Source: an uncultured Bacteroidota bacterium (GTDB taxonomy: Bacteria; Bacteroidota; Bacteroidia; Bacteroidales; VadinHA17). Taken from it: a stretch of 64,000 nucleotides of DNA. Position 1 is the first letter of the stretch; every line of letters starts with the position of its first letter. Where the stretch lies: NCBI GenBank assembly GCA_963843415.1, contig CAWJKD010000002.1:322400-386399 (forward strand), written 5' to 3'. Below are positions 28,801 through 39,141 of the stretch, piece by piece. Both the position numbers and the translations under genes were made by a program. The notes under the pieces are model-generated. The model was given only the letters and a program-made list of their open reading frames with translations. It had not been told where the DNA came from and did no database searches.

Positions 28801-31800
28801 ATGTAGCCTGTTACGGCAACTCAACAGGGGCTGTTAATCTGACAGTAACCGGTGGAACGGCACCATATTCATACCTCTGGAGCAGCGGAGCGGTGACAGA
28901 AGACCTGATCAACGTGGCAGCTGGTGTTTATACAGTGACAATTACTGATGCAAACTCATGTACTACTATCGCAACAGGAACTGTTACACAGCCAGCCGCA
29001 GCATTGAACGGAACGACAGCAGTAACAAATGTAACCTGCTACGGATACTCTAACGGAGCTGTCAACCTTACTGTTACAGGCGGTACTTCACCATATACAT
29101 TCCTGTGGAGTAACGGTGCCCTGACAGAAGATCTGACCGGTGTTGCTGCCGGAGTCTATACAGTCACAATCACAGATGCTAATTCATGTAAAACAACAGC
29201 TTCAGGAACTGTTTCACAACCACCATTGCTCATAGCGACTGCAGGAAATAATGGTCCTTTGTGTGTCAATACTGCTCTCAACCTGTACGCCGGTCCCAAC
29301 GGGATGACAAGCTACTCATGGACAGGCCCCAACGGCTTTACTTCATCTGCACAGAATCCGGTCGTATCGTTAAATGCTACCCTTTCAATGGCCGGAATAT
29401 ATTCTCTTCTCATTACTGATTCAAACGGATGTACGGCATCAACTACCACAAGTGTGACAATTATTGATAATAACACAATCAGTTTATCGTCAGGTGCCGG
29501 AACATCTGACCAGACTATCTGCATAAACACTCCTCTTACCAATATTACATTTAGTACAACAATTGCAACGGGTGCAACCTTCTCGGGGTTACCGGCCGGA
29601 GTTACTGGTGTATGGGCATCAAATGTTGTTACAATAAGCGGAACCCCGACTGAATCGGGAGTTTTCAATTACTCTGTTACTCTTACAGGAGGATGCGGAA
29701 CAATACCACCGGCTACGGGTACGATTACGGTTAATGCATTTCCGGTTAGCGTATCAATAGCAGCAGATGCAAATCCTGTTTGTGAAGGAACCATGGTTAC
29801 CCTTACAGCAACACCGGTAAACGGCGGAGCTTCACCTGCTTACCAGTGGCAGGTTAATGGTATCAACGTTGGTACAAATGCGAATAACTACTCTTATACC
29901 CCATTGAATAACGATATTGTCAGAGTTACTCTGACTTCCGATGTCGTATGTGCAACAGGAAATCCTTCAACCTCAGTTCCGGTTACGATGATCGTCAATG
30001 CAAATCCGGCAATTTCAGTCACCGATCCTGCACCGGTATGTTCACCTGCTACAGCTGACCTCACGGCAGCAGCAGTAACCAGTGGTTCAACTCCAGGGTT
30101 GATATTTACATACTGGACTGATGCTGCAGCAAGTGTATCATATGAAACACCGGCAACAGCAACAGCCGGAACATATTACATCAAAGGTACAGACGCGAAA
30201 GGCTGCTTTAATATCGAACCTGTTTCTGTCACTGTCAATCCGTTACCAGTTGTTTCGTCCACGCAGACAAACATATTGTGCGGAGGAACTTCGACAGGTG
30301 CAATTGATATAACAACCAGCGGAGGAACAGGTCCATATACCTATGCATGGACAGGAGCCGGAATTGTTCCTGCTGTTGAAGACCAGACTGGCCTGGCAGC
30401 CGGATTATATACAGTTATAGTTTCGGATGCCAATAACTGTCTGTCAGCAGAGCTGCCGGTGACCATCACTGAGCTTCCAGCTCTTTCAGGTAGCATTGTT
30501 TCGCAGACAAACGTTACGGTAGCAGGAGGTAATGACGGAAGTGTTACAGTCAGCGGAACACAAGGGACTCCGCCTTACCAGTACAGGCTTGATGCAGGTG
30601 CTTTCCAGCCTTCAGGGACGTTCAGTACGCTTACGGCAGCAGTATATATTGTAACTGTACTGGATTTTAACCTTTGTGAATTTACTTTTCCTGTGACGAT
30701 TACGCAGCCCGGGTGGCCACTGTCAGGTACAGTTACATCGCAGACTAATGTTCTCTGTTTTGGGGAAGCCACGGGTATTGTAAGTGTTACAGGCTTAGGG
30801 GGAGAAGAACCTTATGAATATCGGCTAGATGGAGGCGCTTATCAACCATCAGGCACCTTCAGCCTTTTACTTGCCGGAACGCATACAGTAACTGTAAGGG
30901 ATGCTCTTTCCGACACTTACGATGTAAACGTTTTAATAACGGAACCTGCTGCAGCACTGACAGTTACAACTACAAAAGTTAACGTGCTCTGTGCAGGCGG
31001 ATCAACCGGGAGTGCAACTGCAACAGCAGCCGGAGGTTTCGGACCATATACTTACTCCTGGAGCACTTCACCTGTTCAGACTGGCCCGGCTGCGACAGGG
31101 TTGGGATCTGGTACTTACACGGTTACTGTAACCGATGCTAATGGTTGTATTGTGAGTACCGATGTCACAATTTCAGAAACGGTTTCTCTGACAATAAATA
31201 TTACTCAGGTAAATGTCCGGTGTTATGGGGATGCGAACGGCAGTGCGACGGCTGAAGCTACCGGAGGTACAGGGCCGTATGCTTACTCGTGGAACACATC
31301 TCCTGTTCAGACAACAGACGGGATAACGAATCTTGCCAGAGGTTCTTATATTGTAACAGTCACCGATGCTAATGGATGTACTGCTTCGGAGACAGTCCAG
31401 ATAACAGAACCGGAAGTCCTTGCTGTATTTGCCACTGCTACTGATGCTGACTGTCCTGATACTAATGAAGGTTCAATAACACTCGAAATTACAGGTGGTA
31501 CAGGACCCTACAGTGTTATTTGGATGGATGGTGTCCCGACTCAGAACAGGGAGGAACTGTACCCTAAAACATACAGCGTAGTGGTCTCTGATGCCAATGC
31601 TTGTCCGGTTTCAACAAGTGTTGATGTAGGATTTGTCAGAACGTTTGATTGTATTGAAATCCCGGATATCATAACCCCAGATGGCAACGGTCATAACGAC
31701 GAATGGCAGATCAGGAATATTGATATTTATCCGGATGCCGAAATCCTGGTTTACTCAAGATGGGGAAGGCTCGTTTACCGGACAAAGAATATTTCGGATA

Positions 31801-31922
31801 ATCCGTGGAATGGCCAGTACCGAAATAGCGGAGACCTGATGCCGACAGATTCATATCATTATATATTACACCTGAATGACGGATCTCAGCCAAGATCAGG
31901 TGTTATAAGCGTAATAAGGTAA
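25842..31922 (+). CDS. Giant T9SS-secreted cell-surface adhesin: HYR-like N-terminal repeats, SprB-type repeats and a gliding-motility-type (type B) C-terminal sorting domain
   Basis: 2026 aa.
- It has three ~80-aa repeats with PPV..CKNITV...NGGSYD/NGSSDNC.
- It has more than 12 repeats of type TNVxCxGxxTGxVNLTVTGGTxPYxxxW.
- The C-terminus IPDIITPDGNGHNDEWQIRNIDIYPDAEILVYSRWGRLVYRT is typical of the CHU_C/type B CTD. Confidence 0.9.
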   Translation: MKHVSCSSVINPDKKFLTRKNTSLSRILFSDLHVLPSFKQIHVSLIFLCTCLLLLCSPISLHAKIKSAENILSPVLPPVAICKNITVQLGSGGSVTVTGSQINGGSYDPDGTITSLVASPGTFTCSNTGPNNVTLTVTDNTGMTATCTAIVNVRDNTPPVMVCKNITLYLGQSGSATINPADLNNGSSDNCPGTLIFYISRTNFSCSDVGAPVSVTLTGTDASGNTAFCTSQVTVLDTVPPVVNVKTFTLVLDSDGTSTLLPANIDNGSFDNCGTVTLSVSPDTFTCGSVGKRTVTLTATDSQGNSSSKNVTIKVESSVKIESMALNNCDLAVPYALYKANINGVDSLYTYFWDGLEDLVKPFLSFIPNPPYLIPTNTSTLRTPFFNNATLPDGTYHIRLIVSDSIGCRDTSEMVFTKSGPVFNNITGIFSETCEGSTQIYTVNRDSGALYTWAIENGTILSADQDTNRIEVQWDLGVPQGVVSATVTKPNIAGDPCVSYMIDTVKINSVPAPVFDTPALVACSDSEYTYTLLSSFLSHTWSVTGGYITAGGSSGDSFVKVRWGAVPAGRVTISAGNIFTCSGSAFVDVAIDNLSGSVTSLTNISCNGGSDGKVTVAVTPGSGQPPYLYSLDGGAFVVSGSFAGISLGNHIVTIRDANLCTFEVPFVITQPSVPLASSASVTNVSCFGASTGTVNLTVTGGTAPYTFLWNNGAVTEDLTNVTAGVYAVTVTDANLCTTSSAATVAQPTAALSGTAAVTNVACYGGSTGAVNLTVSGGTMPYTFLWSNGSVTEDLVNVAAGVYSVTITDANACTTTASATVAQPAAALNGTTAVTNVACFGNATGVVNLTVTGGTAPYTYFWSNGAVTEDLTNITAGVYTVTITDVNSCTTVASGTVTQPAAALSGTTSVINVACFGGATGSVNLTVTGGTTPYSFLWSNSAVTEDLVNVAVGVYTVTITDANSCTTVASGTVTQPAAALNGTTAVTNVACYGNSTGAVNLTVTGGTAPYSYLWSSGAVTEDLINVAAGVYTVTITDANSCTTIATGTVTQPAAALNGTTAVTNVTCYGYSNGAVNLTVTGGTSPYTFLWSNGALTEDLTGVAAGVYTVTITDANSCKTTASGTVSQPPLLIATAGNNGPLCVNTALNLYAGPNGMTSYSWTGPNGFTSSAQNPVVSLNATLSMAGIYSLLITDSNGCTASTTTSVTIIDNNTISLSSGAGTSDQTICINTPLTNITFSTTIATGATFSGLPAGVTGVWASNVVTISGTPTESGVFNYSVTLTGGCGTIPPATGTITVNAFPVSVSIAADANPVCEGTMVTLTATPVNGGASPAYQWQVNGINVGTNANNYSYTPLNNDIVRVTLTSDVVCATGNPSTSVPVTMIVNANPAISVTDPAPVCSPATADLTAAAVTSGSTPGLIFTYWTDAAASVSYETPATATAGTYYIKGTDAKGCFNIEPVSVTVNPLPVVSSTQTNILCGGTSTGAIDITTSGGTGPYTYAWTGAGIVPAVEDQTGLAAGLYTVIVSDANNCLSAELPVTITELPALSGSIVSQTNVTVAGGNDGSVTVSGTQGTPPYQYRLDAGAFQPSGTFSTLTAAVYIVTVLDFNLCEFTFPVTITQPGWPLSGTVTSQTNVLCFGEATGIVSVTGLGGEEPYEYRLDGGAYQPSGTFSLLLAGTHTVTVRDALSDTYDVNVLITEPAAALTVTTTKVNVLCAGGSTGSATATAAGGFGPYTYSWSTSPVQTGPAATGLGSGTYTVTVTDANGCIVSTDVTISETVSLTINITQVNVRCYGDANGSATAEATGGTGPYAYSWNTSPVQTTDGITNLARGSYIVTVTDANGCTASETVQITEPEVLAVFATATDADCPDTNEGSITLEITGGTGPYSVIWMDGVPTQNREELYPKTYSVVVSDANACPVSTSVDVGFVRTFDCIEIPDIITPDGNGHNDEWQIRNIDIYPDAEILVYSRWGRLVYRTKNISDNPWNGQYRNSGDLMPTDSYHYILHLNDGSQPRSGVISVIR
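27882..29249 (+). repeat. Six perfectly phased 228-bp (76-codon) tandem repeats inside the adhesin gene
   Basis: Repeat starts (GTAAC/GTGAC..AATGT, encoding VTNV/VINV) fall at 27882, 28110, 28338, 28566, 28794 and 29022. Units 4-6 are nearly identical at the DNA level over long stretches. Confidence 0.9.
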
Positions 31923-31936
31923 TAACCGGTTAAGTG

Positions 31937-32947
31937 ATGAAAAAACATATGAGATCTATAAAGAGTATAATATTGCTGATTTCCCTGAGCCTTTATTGCG
32001 GTGTCTCATTTGCTCAGCAGGTACCAATGTACAGCCAATACATCATGAATGGATTTCTTGTGAATCCGTCATTTGCCGGGCGTGATGGTTATTCAACCGT
32101 CACACTTACCACAAGAAAGCAATGGATAGGACTTGAACAGGCACCCAGCACTTATGCAGCAAGTTTTCAGACTAGGATATTGAAAAACAGCTATATCTCA
32201 AAATCCACATCTGTTAAGAAGAAGCTGGTCAGGCCGACAAAAGGAGGCAGAGTTGGTGTTGGCGGTTATGTTTTTAACGATGAGAATGGCATTATGAGAC
32301 GAACCGGGATTCAGGCCATTTATGCTTATCATATCCCCATGGGATCTACAGATGGATATCCAAATGACCTTGCTTTCGGACTTGCGCTTACAGCTTACCA
32401 GTTCGCTATAAATACAAATGGACTTATTTATGATTACAGCGATCCTCTTTTGAACAACTACGACAGATCAGTCTTTATTCCTGATTTCAACTTTGGTGCA
32501 AGCTTTACTACTTCAAAATATTACGTCGGATTTGCTATGACCAACATTTTAAGAGGCTCCCTGCTGTTCGGCGATACTACAAGAACAAACAGGAATGAAC
32601 TTGGTCACTATTTCCTTACCGGCGGAATTAAATTTCCTCTGAGTGAAAACTGGACAATTGAGCCATCTGCTTATATTAAGGCATCCGATATGTTTTTCAA
32701 ATCGCTCCAGCTTGACCTGACAGGCAGGATCTACTACATGGAAGATTACTGGCTGGGATTGTCATACCGGACGAATGATGCCATTATTCTGATGCTCGGA
32801 ATTAAGTATGACCGGTTCTATTTTGCATATGCAGTGGACTTTACTTTAACCGAGATAAGAACCCAAAGCTTCGGTTCGCATGAGCTTACTCTGGCGGTAA
32901 AATTTGGCGAAAGCGCCAGAAGATACCGCTGGATAAACGCCTACTGA
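31937..32947 (+). CDS. PorP/SprF family type IX secretion system membrane protein
   Basis: The mature N-terminus AQQVPMYSQYIMNGFLVNPSFAGRDGY is the family hallmark. The gene lies directly downstream of the type B CTD adhesin. I prefer the ATG at 31937 over the GTG at 31934. Confidence 0.88.
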   Translation: MKKHMRSIKSIILLISLSLYCGVSFAQQVPMYSQYIMNGFLVNPSFAGRDGYSTVTLTTRKQWIGLEQAPSTYAASFQTRILKNSYISKSTSVKKKLVRPTKGGRVGVGGYVFNDENGIMRRTGIQAIYAYHIPMGSTDGYPNDLAFGLALTAYQFAINTNGLIYDYSDPLLNNYDRSVFIPDFNFGASFTTSKYYVGFAMTNILRGSLLFGDTTRTNRNELGHYFLTGGIKFPLSENWTIEPSAYIKASDMFFKSLQLDLTGRIYYMEDYWLGLSYRTNDAIILMLGIKYDRFYFAYAVDFTLTEIRTQSFGSHELTLAVKFGESARRYRWINAY

Positions 32948-32968
32948 GAGTATTCTTTATCATAAAAT

Positions 32969-33994
32969 ATGTCAAAAGGTATCGTATCAGGATTTACCGG
33001 TACCCTTTCGCTGCTGATGTTATTATTTACTGAAGGATATCCGCTTAATGCCCAGGAGCATTCTGTGAGACTTCTATTTTATAACGTTGAAAACCTGTTT
33101 GATATACATGATGATACTCTCATCGATGACAATGAGTTTCTGCCACATTCAGCCAGACGATGGAATTTTAAAAGATATCAAAACAAGATAAATTCGGTTT
33201 ATAAAGTAATCACAGCAGCGGGGGAGTGGTCTCCGCCGGATCTTATCGCTTTATGTGAAATTGAAAACAGAACGGTTCTGGAGGATCTGGTATACCGGAC
33301 AAACCTGATAAAATATGATTTTGGTATCGTACATGAAGATTCCCCTGATCCAAGAGGAATAGATGTATGTCTGATATTCAGGAAAGAGCTTGTTGAGGTC
33401 ATCAGTTACCAGTATTTTAATCCCGGGCCTCTTCAAAAAGATGACTTTTCAACCAGAAGTATACTTTATGCTAAGTGCCTGATATCCGGAGATACAATAC
33501 ATCTTTTCGTAAATCACTGGCCTTCGAGAAGGGGAGGAGTGCTGGCGGGTGAGTTGAAGAGAACAAAAATAGCTGAGATGGTCAGAAGTAAGGCAGATTC
33601 TGTCGCTGCCGGAAGTGTCGGGGGTAAGATCATAATTGTCGGCGATTTCAACTCGTCGCCTGATGATAAGGAGATCAGTAGATTAACTGCAGGATCAGAA
33701 TCAGGATTTTCAATGATAAATCTGTCTGAGAAGATATCTGATGGATCAGGTACATACAGGTATCAAGGCATCTGGGAAATGCCCGATCAGGTGATTGTAT
33801 CAGATGAGCTTTTAAACTGCCGTGAAGGGATTTATACCGAACCGGGTTTTCTCAGAGTGTTCAGTCCTGATTTTCTTTTAATTAAAGATCCCGTTTACCC
33901 GGGGATCAGCCCTTACTCAACCTGGCGGGGGTATAATTATCAGGGGGGCTTCAGCGATCATCTGCCCGTTATACTTGATCTTTTTGTCAGATAA
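32969..33994 (+). CDS. Endonuclease/exonuclease/phosphatase (EEP) family protein, exported
   Basis: 341 aa. Motifs are [39 protein letters not shown] and [11 protein letters not shown]. Confidence 0.85.
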   Translation: MSKGIVSGFTGTLSLLMLLFTEGYPLNAQEHSVRLLFYNVENLFDIHDDTLIDDNEFLPHSARRWNFKRYQNKINSVYKVITAAGEWSPPDLIALCEIENRTVLEDLVYRTNLIKYDFGIVHEDSPDPRGIDVCLIFRKELVEVISYQYFNPGPLQKDDFSTRSILYAKCLISGDTIHLFVNHWPSRRGGVLAGELKRTKIAEMVRSKADSVAAGSVGGKIIIVGDFNSSPDDKEISRLTAGSESGFSMINLSEKISDGSGTYRYQGIWEMPDQVIVSDELLNCREGIYTEPGFLRVFSPDFLLIKDPVYPGISPYSTWRGYNYQGGFSDHLPVILDLFVR

Positions 33995-35411
33995 CGGTAC
34001 CGGATGGTTTTAATCCGAGCTCTTTTCCTTTTTTTATCATAAGTTTTTTGGCGGCTTCATGTTCGTTGGGGATAATCCCGTCAAGGATTGCTTCTCTGAT
34101 AGCATTCTTTATTATCCCTACCTCTCTGCCCGGTTTTATTCCAAATGTTTCGATAATCTCAGTTCCATCAACAGGAGGCTGGAAGTTCCTTATCGCGTCT
34201 TTTTCTTCAATTTCAAGGAGCTTTTTCCTGACATATTTGAAATTTTCAAGATGCCTGGCTTTCTTTGCTTCATTCTTAGAAGTAATATCAGCTTCGCATA
34301 ACATCATAAGGTCATCAATATCGTCTCCTGCCTCAAAAAGTAATCTCCTTATTGCCGAATCAGTGATCTCTTCCTGCGATAATACAATAGGTCTGAGATG
34401 AAGGTCAACAAGCTTCTGAACATATTTCATCTTATCATCCAATGGCAGCTTAAGCTTCCTGAAGATGTCAGGGATCATTTTGGAACCAATAAATTCGTGG
34501 CCGTGAAATGACCACCCGGTTTCAGGTATGTATTTTTTAGTGACCGGTTTGGCGATATCGTGAAGAAGCGCAGCCCATCTTAACCAGAGATTATCAGTGT
34601 GCACAGCGATGTTATCAAGCACCTTGATTGAATGCAGAAAATTGTCCTTATGTGCCTTTCCATCTTTTGTGTCTACTCCTTTCAGTTTACTGAGCTCAGG
34701 GAAGATAATCCCCAGAAGTCCGGATTCCTCAAGAAGGATAAGTCCTGTGGATGGATTGTCGCACATTATGATCTTGTTCAGTTCAGTGATTATCCTTTCC
34801 TTCGAAACAATACTTATGCGTTCGGTATTTTCTTTTATCGAATTAAAAGTATCTTTTTCGATGATGAATTTTAGCTGGCTAGCAAACCTTATTGCCCTTA
34901 ACATTCTCAGAGGATCATCTGAGAATGTTTTATCCGGATCAAGGGGTGTCCGTATGACCTTACTGCTGAGGTCTTTCCTCCCACCGAAGGGATCAATAAG
35001 CAGTCCATACGTATCTTTATTGAGACTGATGGCAAGAGCGTTAATCGTAAAATCCCTTCGCAACTGATCGTCTTCGAGAGTGCCATCTTCAACAACAGGT
35101 TTCCTGGATCCTCTTCTGTACGACTCTTTTCTTGCACCCACAAACTCAATTTCATATTCATTCCACCTGAACATTGCTGTTCCAAAATTCTTAAAAACAT
35201 TTACCTTGATTTTAGGATCAATACTTCTGGCGATCTTTCTGGCAATCGCAATGCCGCTGCCAGCAACAACAATATCGATATCTTTCCCCGGATGATCCCT
35301 CTTTAGCAGACAGTCTCTTACCCAGCCTCCGATTACAAATGCCCTTACATTCTCTGCAGTTACTACCTCCGACACTATCCCGAAAATCTTGTCATTTAGA
35401 CATATATTCAT
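33987..35411 (-). CDS. CCA-adding tRNA nucleotidyltransferase / poly(A) polymerase family protein with an HD domain
   Basis: Motifs are [11 protein letters not shown]...[16 protein letters not shown] and LLHDIAKP. I prefer the ATG at 35411 (MNICLND); the ORF-track start at 35426 is a TTG. Confidence 0.85.
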   Translation of the reverse strand: MNICLNDKIFGIVSEVVTAENVRAFVIGGWVRDCLLKRDHPGKDIDIVVAGSGIAIARKIARSIDPKIKVNVFKNFGTAMFRWNEYEIEFVGARKESYRRGSRKPVVEDGTLEDDQLRRDFTINALAISLNKDTYGLLIDPFGGRKDLSSKVIRTPLDPDKTFSDDPLRMLRAIRFASQLKFIIEKDTFNSIKENTERISIVSKERIITELNKIIMCDNPSTGLILLEESGLLGIIFPELSKLKGVDTKDGKAHKDNFLHSIKVLDNIAVHTDNLWLRWAALLHDIAKPVTKKYIPETGWSFHGHEFIGSKMIPDIFRKLKLPLDDKMKYVQKLVDLHLRPIVLSQEEITDSAIRRLLFEAGDDIDDLMMLCEADITSKNEAKKARHLENFKYVRKKLLEIEEKDAIRNFQPPVDGTEIIETFGIKPGREVGIIKNAIREAILDGIIPNEHEAAKKLMIKKGKELGLKPSGTVI

Positions 35412-35444
35412 ATATAGATATGACAATTTGTTTATTAATCATGA

Positions 35445-35452
35445 CAAAGTTA
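35445..35452 (-). promoter_or_regulatory. -7 promoter box TAACTTTG for the CCA-enzyme gene
   Basis: The reverse complement of CAAAGTTA matches TAnnTTTG. It lies 19-34 nt upstream of the candidate start codons. Confidence 0.45.
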
Positions 35453-35562
35453 CAATTATTAACTTATTTTTATCATTTTGAATAGCGACAGCCTGAATGG
35501 CACAGAGGTTGTCGTACTTTAAATAATTACACTATTCTTATGTTTAATAAAAAAATTGAGAT

Positions 35563-35922
35563 ATGACTGAACATTTGACAAAAGAGACCTTCTTAAGCAA
35601 AGTCTTCAATTTCGAGAAGAATAAAGAATGGAAATTTGAAGGTGAAAAGCCATGTGTTATTGATTTTTACGCTGACTGGTGTGGGCCCTGTAAAATGGTA
35701 GCCCCTGTCCTTGAGGAGCTTGCAACGGATTATGACGGCAAGCTTGATGTTTATAAGATAAATACCGAGGATGAGCAGGAGCTTGCTTCCGTTTTTGGTA
35801 TAAGGAGCATTCCTTCAATCCTCTTCGTACCTTTAAATGGTCAGCCTCAGATGGCTATGGGAGCATTACCTAAAGAAACCTTTGTTAAAGCATTCAAAGA
35901 TGTTCTTGGTGTCGATAAATAG
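35563..35922 (+). CDS. Thioredoxin family protein
   Basis: 119 aa with the active site DFYADWCGPCKMVAP and an IRSIPS cis-Pro region. Confidence 0.9.
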   Translation: MTEHLTKETFLSKVFNFEKNKEWKFEGEKPCVIDFYADWCGPCKMVAPVLEELATDYDGKLDVYKINTEDEQELASVFGIRSIPSILFVPLNGQPQMAMGALPKETFVKAFKDVLGVDK

Positions 35923-36065
35923 GTGATTAATCAAAAAAGATCATTTTGTTAGAAAATTTATGTTTTTCAGTGAAACATTATAACCTCCGTTTACGTTTAA
36001 CAACAGAAATAGCAGAATCGTAGGTAAACACGAGTTTTTCATGGATTTAGGTTTAGGGTGGTAAT

Positions 36066-36089
36066 AAATCAGGACTTCGGTCCTGATTT
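36066..36089. terminator. Bidirectional rho-independent terminator between thioredoxin and xseB
   Basis: AAATCAGGAC-TTCG-GTCCTGATTT is a perfect 10-bp stem with a TTCG tetraloop. A/T runs flank it on both sides, and it sits 3 nt from the xseB stop. Confidence 0.75.
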
Positions 36090-36092
36090 ATT

Positions 36093-36290
36093 TTATACGA
36101 GGTCCTTGAAAATGCTGTTAATCTCCTCCTCGGTTGTCCGAAGTTTCTTCTGACATTGTTTTATCAGTTCTGATGCCCTCTTTACTTCAACGGATAATTT
36201 ATCTACATCCAGATCACCGCTTTCAATGATCCTGAGGATCTTTTCAATCTCAATAACCGCTTCATTAAATGAAAATTCCTTTTTTGCCAT
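36093..36290 (-). CDS. xseB: Exodeoxyribonuclease VII small subunit
   Basis: MAKKEFSFNEAVIEIEKILRIIESGDLDVDKLSVEVKRASELIKQCQKKL resembles XseB and lies downstream of xseA. The alternative starts at 36296 and 36332 are less likely. Confidence 0.8.
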   Translation of the reverse strand: MAKKEFSFNEAVIEIEKILRIIESGDLDVDKLSVEVKRASELIKQCQKKLRTTEEEINSIFKDLV

Positions 36291-36386
36291 AGTCATATAT
36301 ACTTTAAAAAAAATTTTAACACATTGTTGCACTAAAGGTTATCACCAGGGTCCACCAATGACTCTCAAAAACATGGTCACTCAGTT

Positions 36387-37784
36387 TTATCTGTCGTTAT
36401 ATTCTTCTTTTATTATCTTTCCCACTACTTTACTTTCAGCTTTCCCATCATAGAACTGTGTCTCAATAATATCATCCTTCCCTATCTGACTGACACTTTT
36501 TATTATTCTGCCCCCGATGGCTGTTAATGTAAATCCTCTTTTCAGAACATTCTCAGGATTCAGGATATTGAGGCTATTAAGCAATCCATCAATCCTTATT
36601 TTTACTTTTGTAAGGATGTTGAGAGTCGTTTTTACAAGGTTTATTCTGTTCTTTTCAACAAGAGTCTCCTTCCCCAGTGAAAATGCTCTTGCAGAGGAGG
36701 TCAGTCTCGATTTTTGATTTGCCGGTATCATTCCTGCCCTGAGGATATATTCTTTTCCGAAATTAATCATTTCAATTTTCACGTTCGAAAGATATTCCTT
36801 CCTGTCAGAGATCATAAGTTTTGCTACCGGCAACAATTTTATCTTAAAAGACCCGGTTAGATTCCTGTATTCTTCGATAATTGACAGTGAATTTTCAGCT
36901 ATTTCAGAGCTCATTTCATTCAGGTGGTTCTCGGCCCCGGCAACGTATTCTATTATAAAGTCAGCTACTGCTGTGGGTGTTTTAAGCGATCTGTATGCAA
37001 CCATATCGGTGACCGAAAGATCTTTCTCATGGCCAATTCCGGTAATCACAGGGACCGGAAACTGTGTAACAAAATAGGCAATATTATAACTGTCAAACCA
37101 GCTGAGGTCACTTTGCGATCCGCCGCCCCTGATAATAACAACTACATCAAAAAGTCCGGGATGATCTGCTATTCTTGTAAAAGCGTTAATAACGCTTCCT
37201 TCAGTGTCAGTCCCCTGCATGATTGTATCGAACAATGCTGTATAAAAAACGTAACCATAGCTGTTCTCATGAAGGTGTCTGATGAAATCCGAATATCCTG
37301 CGGCATTGTTCGAAGAAATTATGGCAATCCTCTGAGGAACAGCAGGGAACTCAAGCTCTTTATTCATTTCGAACACACCGTCCTCCTCCAGTTTTTTAAT
37401 CACCATCTGTCTTTTCATGGCCATTTCACCAATTGTGAAGGATGGATCGATGTCGGATATTATCAGGCTGAGTCCGTACAATTCATGATACTCTATCTTT
37501 GTTCTCACGAGTATTTTCATTCCAATCTTAAGTGGTTCACCCGTAATATTTTCAAAGAATGAACAGAGAAAACTATATCGTTTGCTCCAGATTATCGCTT
37601 TTATACGCGCTCTGACATTTTTGTCTTCGGGGTGTTTTTCAATGAGCTCGAGGTAGCAGTGACCGGCATAGTTCTCCTTTATTTCAGAGATCTCGGCAAC
37701 GACCCAGTACATATCAGGTAAGGCTAAATAAAGCGAATCCTTTATTATGAGCTGTAATTCCGTTAGTGATAGCTTCTCAGTCAT
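36387..37784 (-). CDS. xseA: Exodeoxyribonuclease VII large subunit
   Basis: 465 aa. It has an OB-fold N-terminus (LSLTELQLIIKDSL...YWVVAEISE), IIRGGGSQSDLSWFD, GIGHEKD and a C-terminal coiled coil. Confidence 0.9.
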   Translation of the reverse strand: MTEKLSLTELQLIIKDSLYLALPDMYWVVAEISEIKENYAGHCYLELIEKHPEDKNVRARIKAIIWSKRYSFLCSFFENITGEPLKIGMKILVRTKIEYHELYGLSLIISDIDPSFTIGEMAMKRQMVIKKLEEDGVFEMNKELEFPAVPQRIAIISSNNAAGYSDFIRHLHENSYGYVFYTALFDTIMQGTDTEGSVINAFTRIADHPGLFDVVVIIRGGGSQSDLSWFDSYNIAYFVTQFPVPVITGIGHEKDLSVTDMVAYRSLKTPTAVADFIIEYVAGAENHLNEMSSEIAENSLSIIEEYRNLTGSFKIKLLPVAKLMISDRKEYLSNVKIEMINFGKEYILRAGMIPANQKSRLTSSARAFSLGKETLVEKNRINLVKTTLNILTKVKIRIDGLLNSLNILNPENVLKRGFTLTAIGGRIIKSVSQIGKDDIIETQFYDGKAESKVVGKIIKEEYNDR

Positions 37785-39141
37785 TACCGGCCATCTTTAC
37801 AATTTTATGCAAATATATACCTGTTCCGGTTAAAAGCCTGATAAAATAGAGTCCCTGTTGCCTGTTATTCAAAGCGGATATAATCAGGTTACGGCCTGCA
37901 TAATCAGGGAACTCTTTTTTGAATATTATTACTCCTGATGAAGTAAAGATTTCTAAAGTTATTCTTCCCGGTGGTTGCCTGAAAATTATTTCGACATCGC
38001 CGGTTGTGGGATTTGGTCCTGCGATAGTCTGATTAGCTGGTCTCTTCAGGTGGATATCCTGAAGCGTTGCAAGGGCATTCGCCATATCCGGTATCCCGTA
38101 TCCGTACAGAGAATCCGGGAATAGATATCTGTCGGCTGAAGAATGAAGGACGTCTATTATTTCTTTGTTTGTAGCTTCAGGTACTGCCTGCATAAGGCAT
38201 GCTGACATACCGCTTAATATGGGGCACGAAAAAGAAGTGCCGTTTGATCTTGCCGTTCCGGTAAGGGAAGTCTGTATAATAACCCCGACGCCAAGAGCCA
38301 CATTATCGGGTTTCACCCTGCTGTCGGCTGAAGGACCGGCTGAAGAAAATACGGATATTATTTTATCACTGTCTACAGCCCCGGCGCAGACAACACTGTC
38401 GCCGTCTGAAGGTGAAATAATGCGCAACCAATCATTAATTCTTTCATTGCCGGCGCTATTGACGACCAGGATCCCTTTCGAAGCTGCAATATCTGCTGCC
38501 CTGGTTATAAATGCGGTGTTACCGTCGAGATCTGAAAAGGTGTAATTAAGTGAGGGATCATCAAAGCTGTAATATCCCAGTGATGAAGAGATTATATCGG
38601 CACCGGCACTATCAGCAAATTCCGCACCCGCTATCCAGAAATCCTCTTCAGCAGCTGTTTCACTTTCAACGTCTTCAGTTCTGAGAAGCATATAATCTGC
38701 CCCGGGTGCCGTTCCCCGGATTATGTTATCAATCTGTCCTGCAAGAATTGACATTACAGCTGTTCCATGAGTATGAAAGTCATAAACATAAGGATCATTC
38801 CTTACAAAATCGTAAGTAAATTTTATGCCTTTACGGATGTGCAGATCAAGTAGAGAAGGGATCTGGTCAGCATTGAGAAATCCTCCGTCGAGCACAGCAA
38901 TAAGGATACCTGAACCTATATATCCGGAGGAGTGCAGGGTAGTTCCGTTCAACATACTGATATGGCGATAGGTTGGAGATGTATCATACTGCTCTGCCGG
39001 CTCTTGCGGGAAGTCAAGCTTGTCGGAATAGATACTTTTAGTTCCTGGTTTTTTCACAATCCTGACATCCGCAACAAACGGCAGGTTAATCAGATTATCG
39101 GTGCCATCATACTGCCGGGTCTTAAAAAGTGCCGTATTCAT
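37777..39141 (-). CDS. S8 (subtilisin-like) serine peptidase with a T9SS C-terminal sorting domain; the true 5' end probably lies near 39417
   Basis: The catalytic triad context is IAVLDGGF, HGTAVMSILAG and GTSFSCPILSG. The CTD ends in GLYFIRLLTGTGIYLHKIVK. The frame stays open upstream to 39429 and encodes a signal peptide and propeptide, but it has no ATG, GTG or TTG (see findings). Confidence 0.8.
   Translation of the reverse strand: MNTALFKTRQYDGTDNLINLPFVADVRIVKKPGTKSIYSDKLDFPQEPAEQYDTSPTYRHISMLNGTTLHSSGYIGSGILIAVLDGGFLNADQIPSLLDLHIRKGIKFTYDFVRNDPYVYDFHTHGTAVMSILAGQIDNIIRGTAPGADYMLLRTEDVESETAAEEDFWIAGAEFADSAGADIISSSLGYYSFDDPSLNYTFSDLDGNTAFITRAADIAASKGILVVNSAGNERINDWLRIISPSDGDSVVCAGAVDSDKIISVFSSAGPSADSRVKPDNVALGVGVIIQTSLTGTARSNGTSFSCPILSGMSACLMQAVPEATNKEIIDVLHSSADRYLFPDSLYGYGIPDMANALATLQDIHLKRPANQTIAGPNPTTGDVEIIFRQPPGRITLEIFTSSGVIIFKKEFPDYAGRNLIISALNNRQQGLYFIRLLTGTGIYLHKIVKMAGND

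Noticed and set aside
34597-35067. A 156-aa plus-strand ORF, plus several 70-117-aa neighbours.
   Set aside because: All are antisense to the CCA-adding enzyme gene. The translations are Ser/Leu-rich and low-complexity.
36924-37562. A 212-aa plus-strand ORF.
   Set aside because: It is antisense to xseA, shows no motifs and starts at a non-ATG codon.
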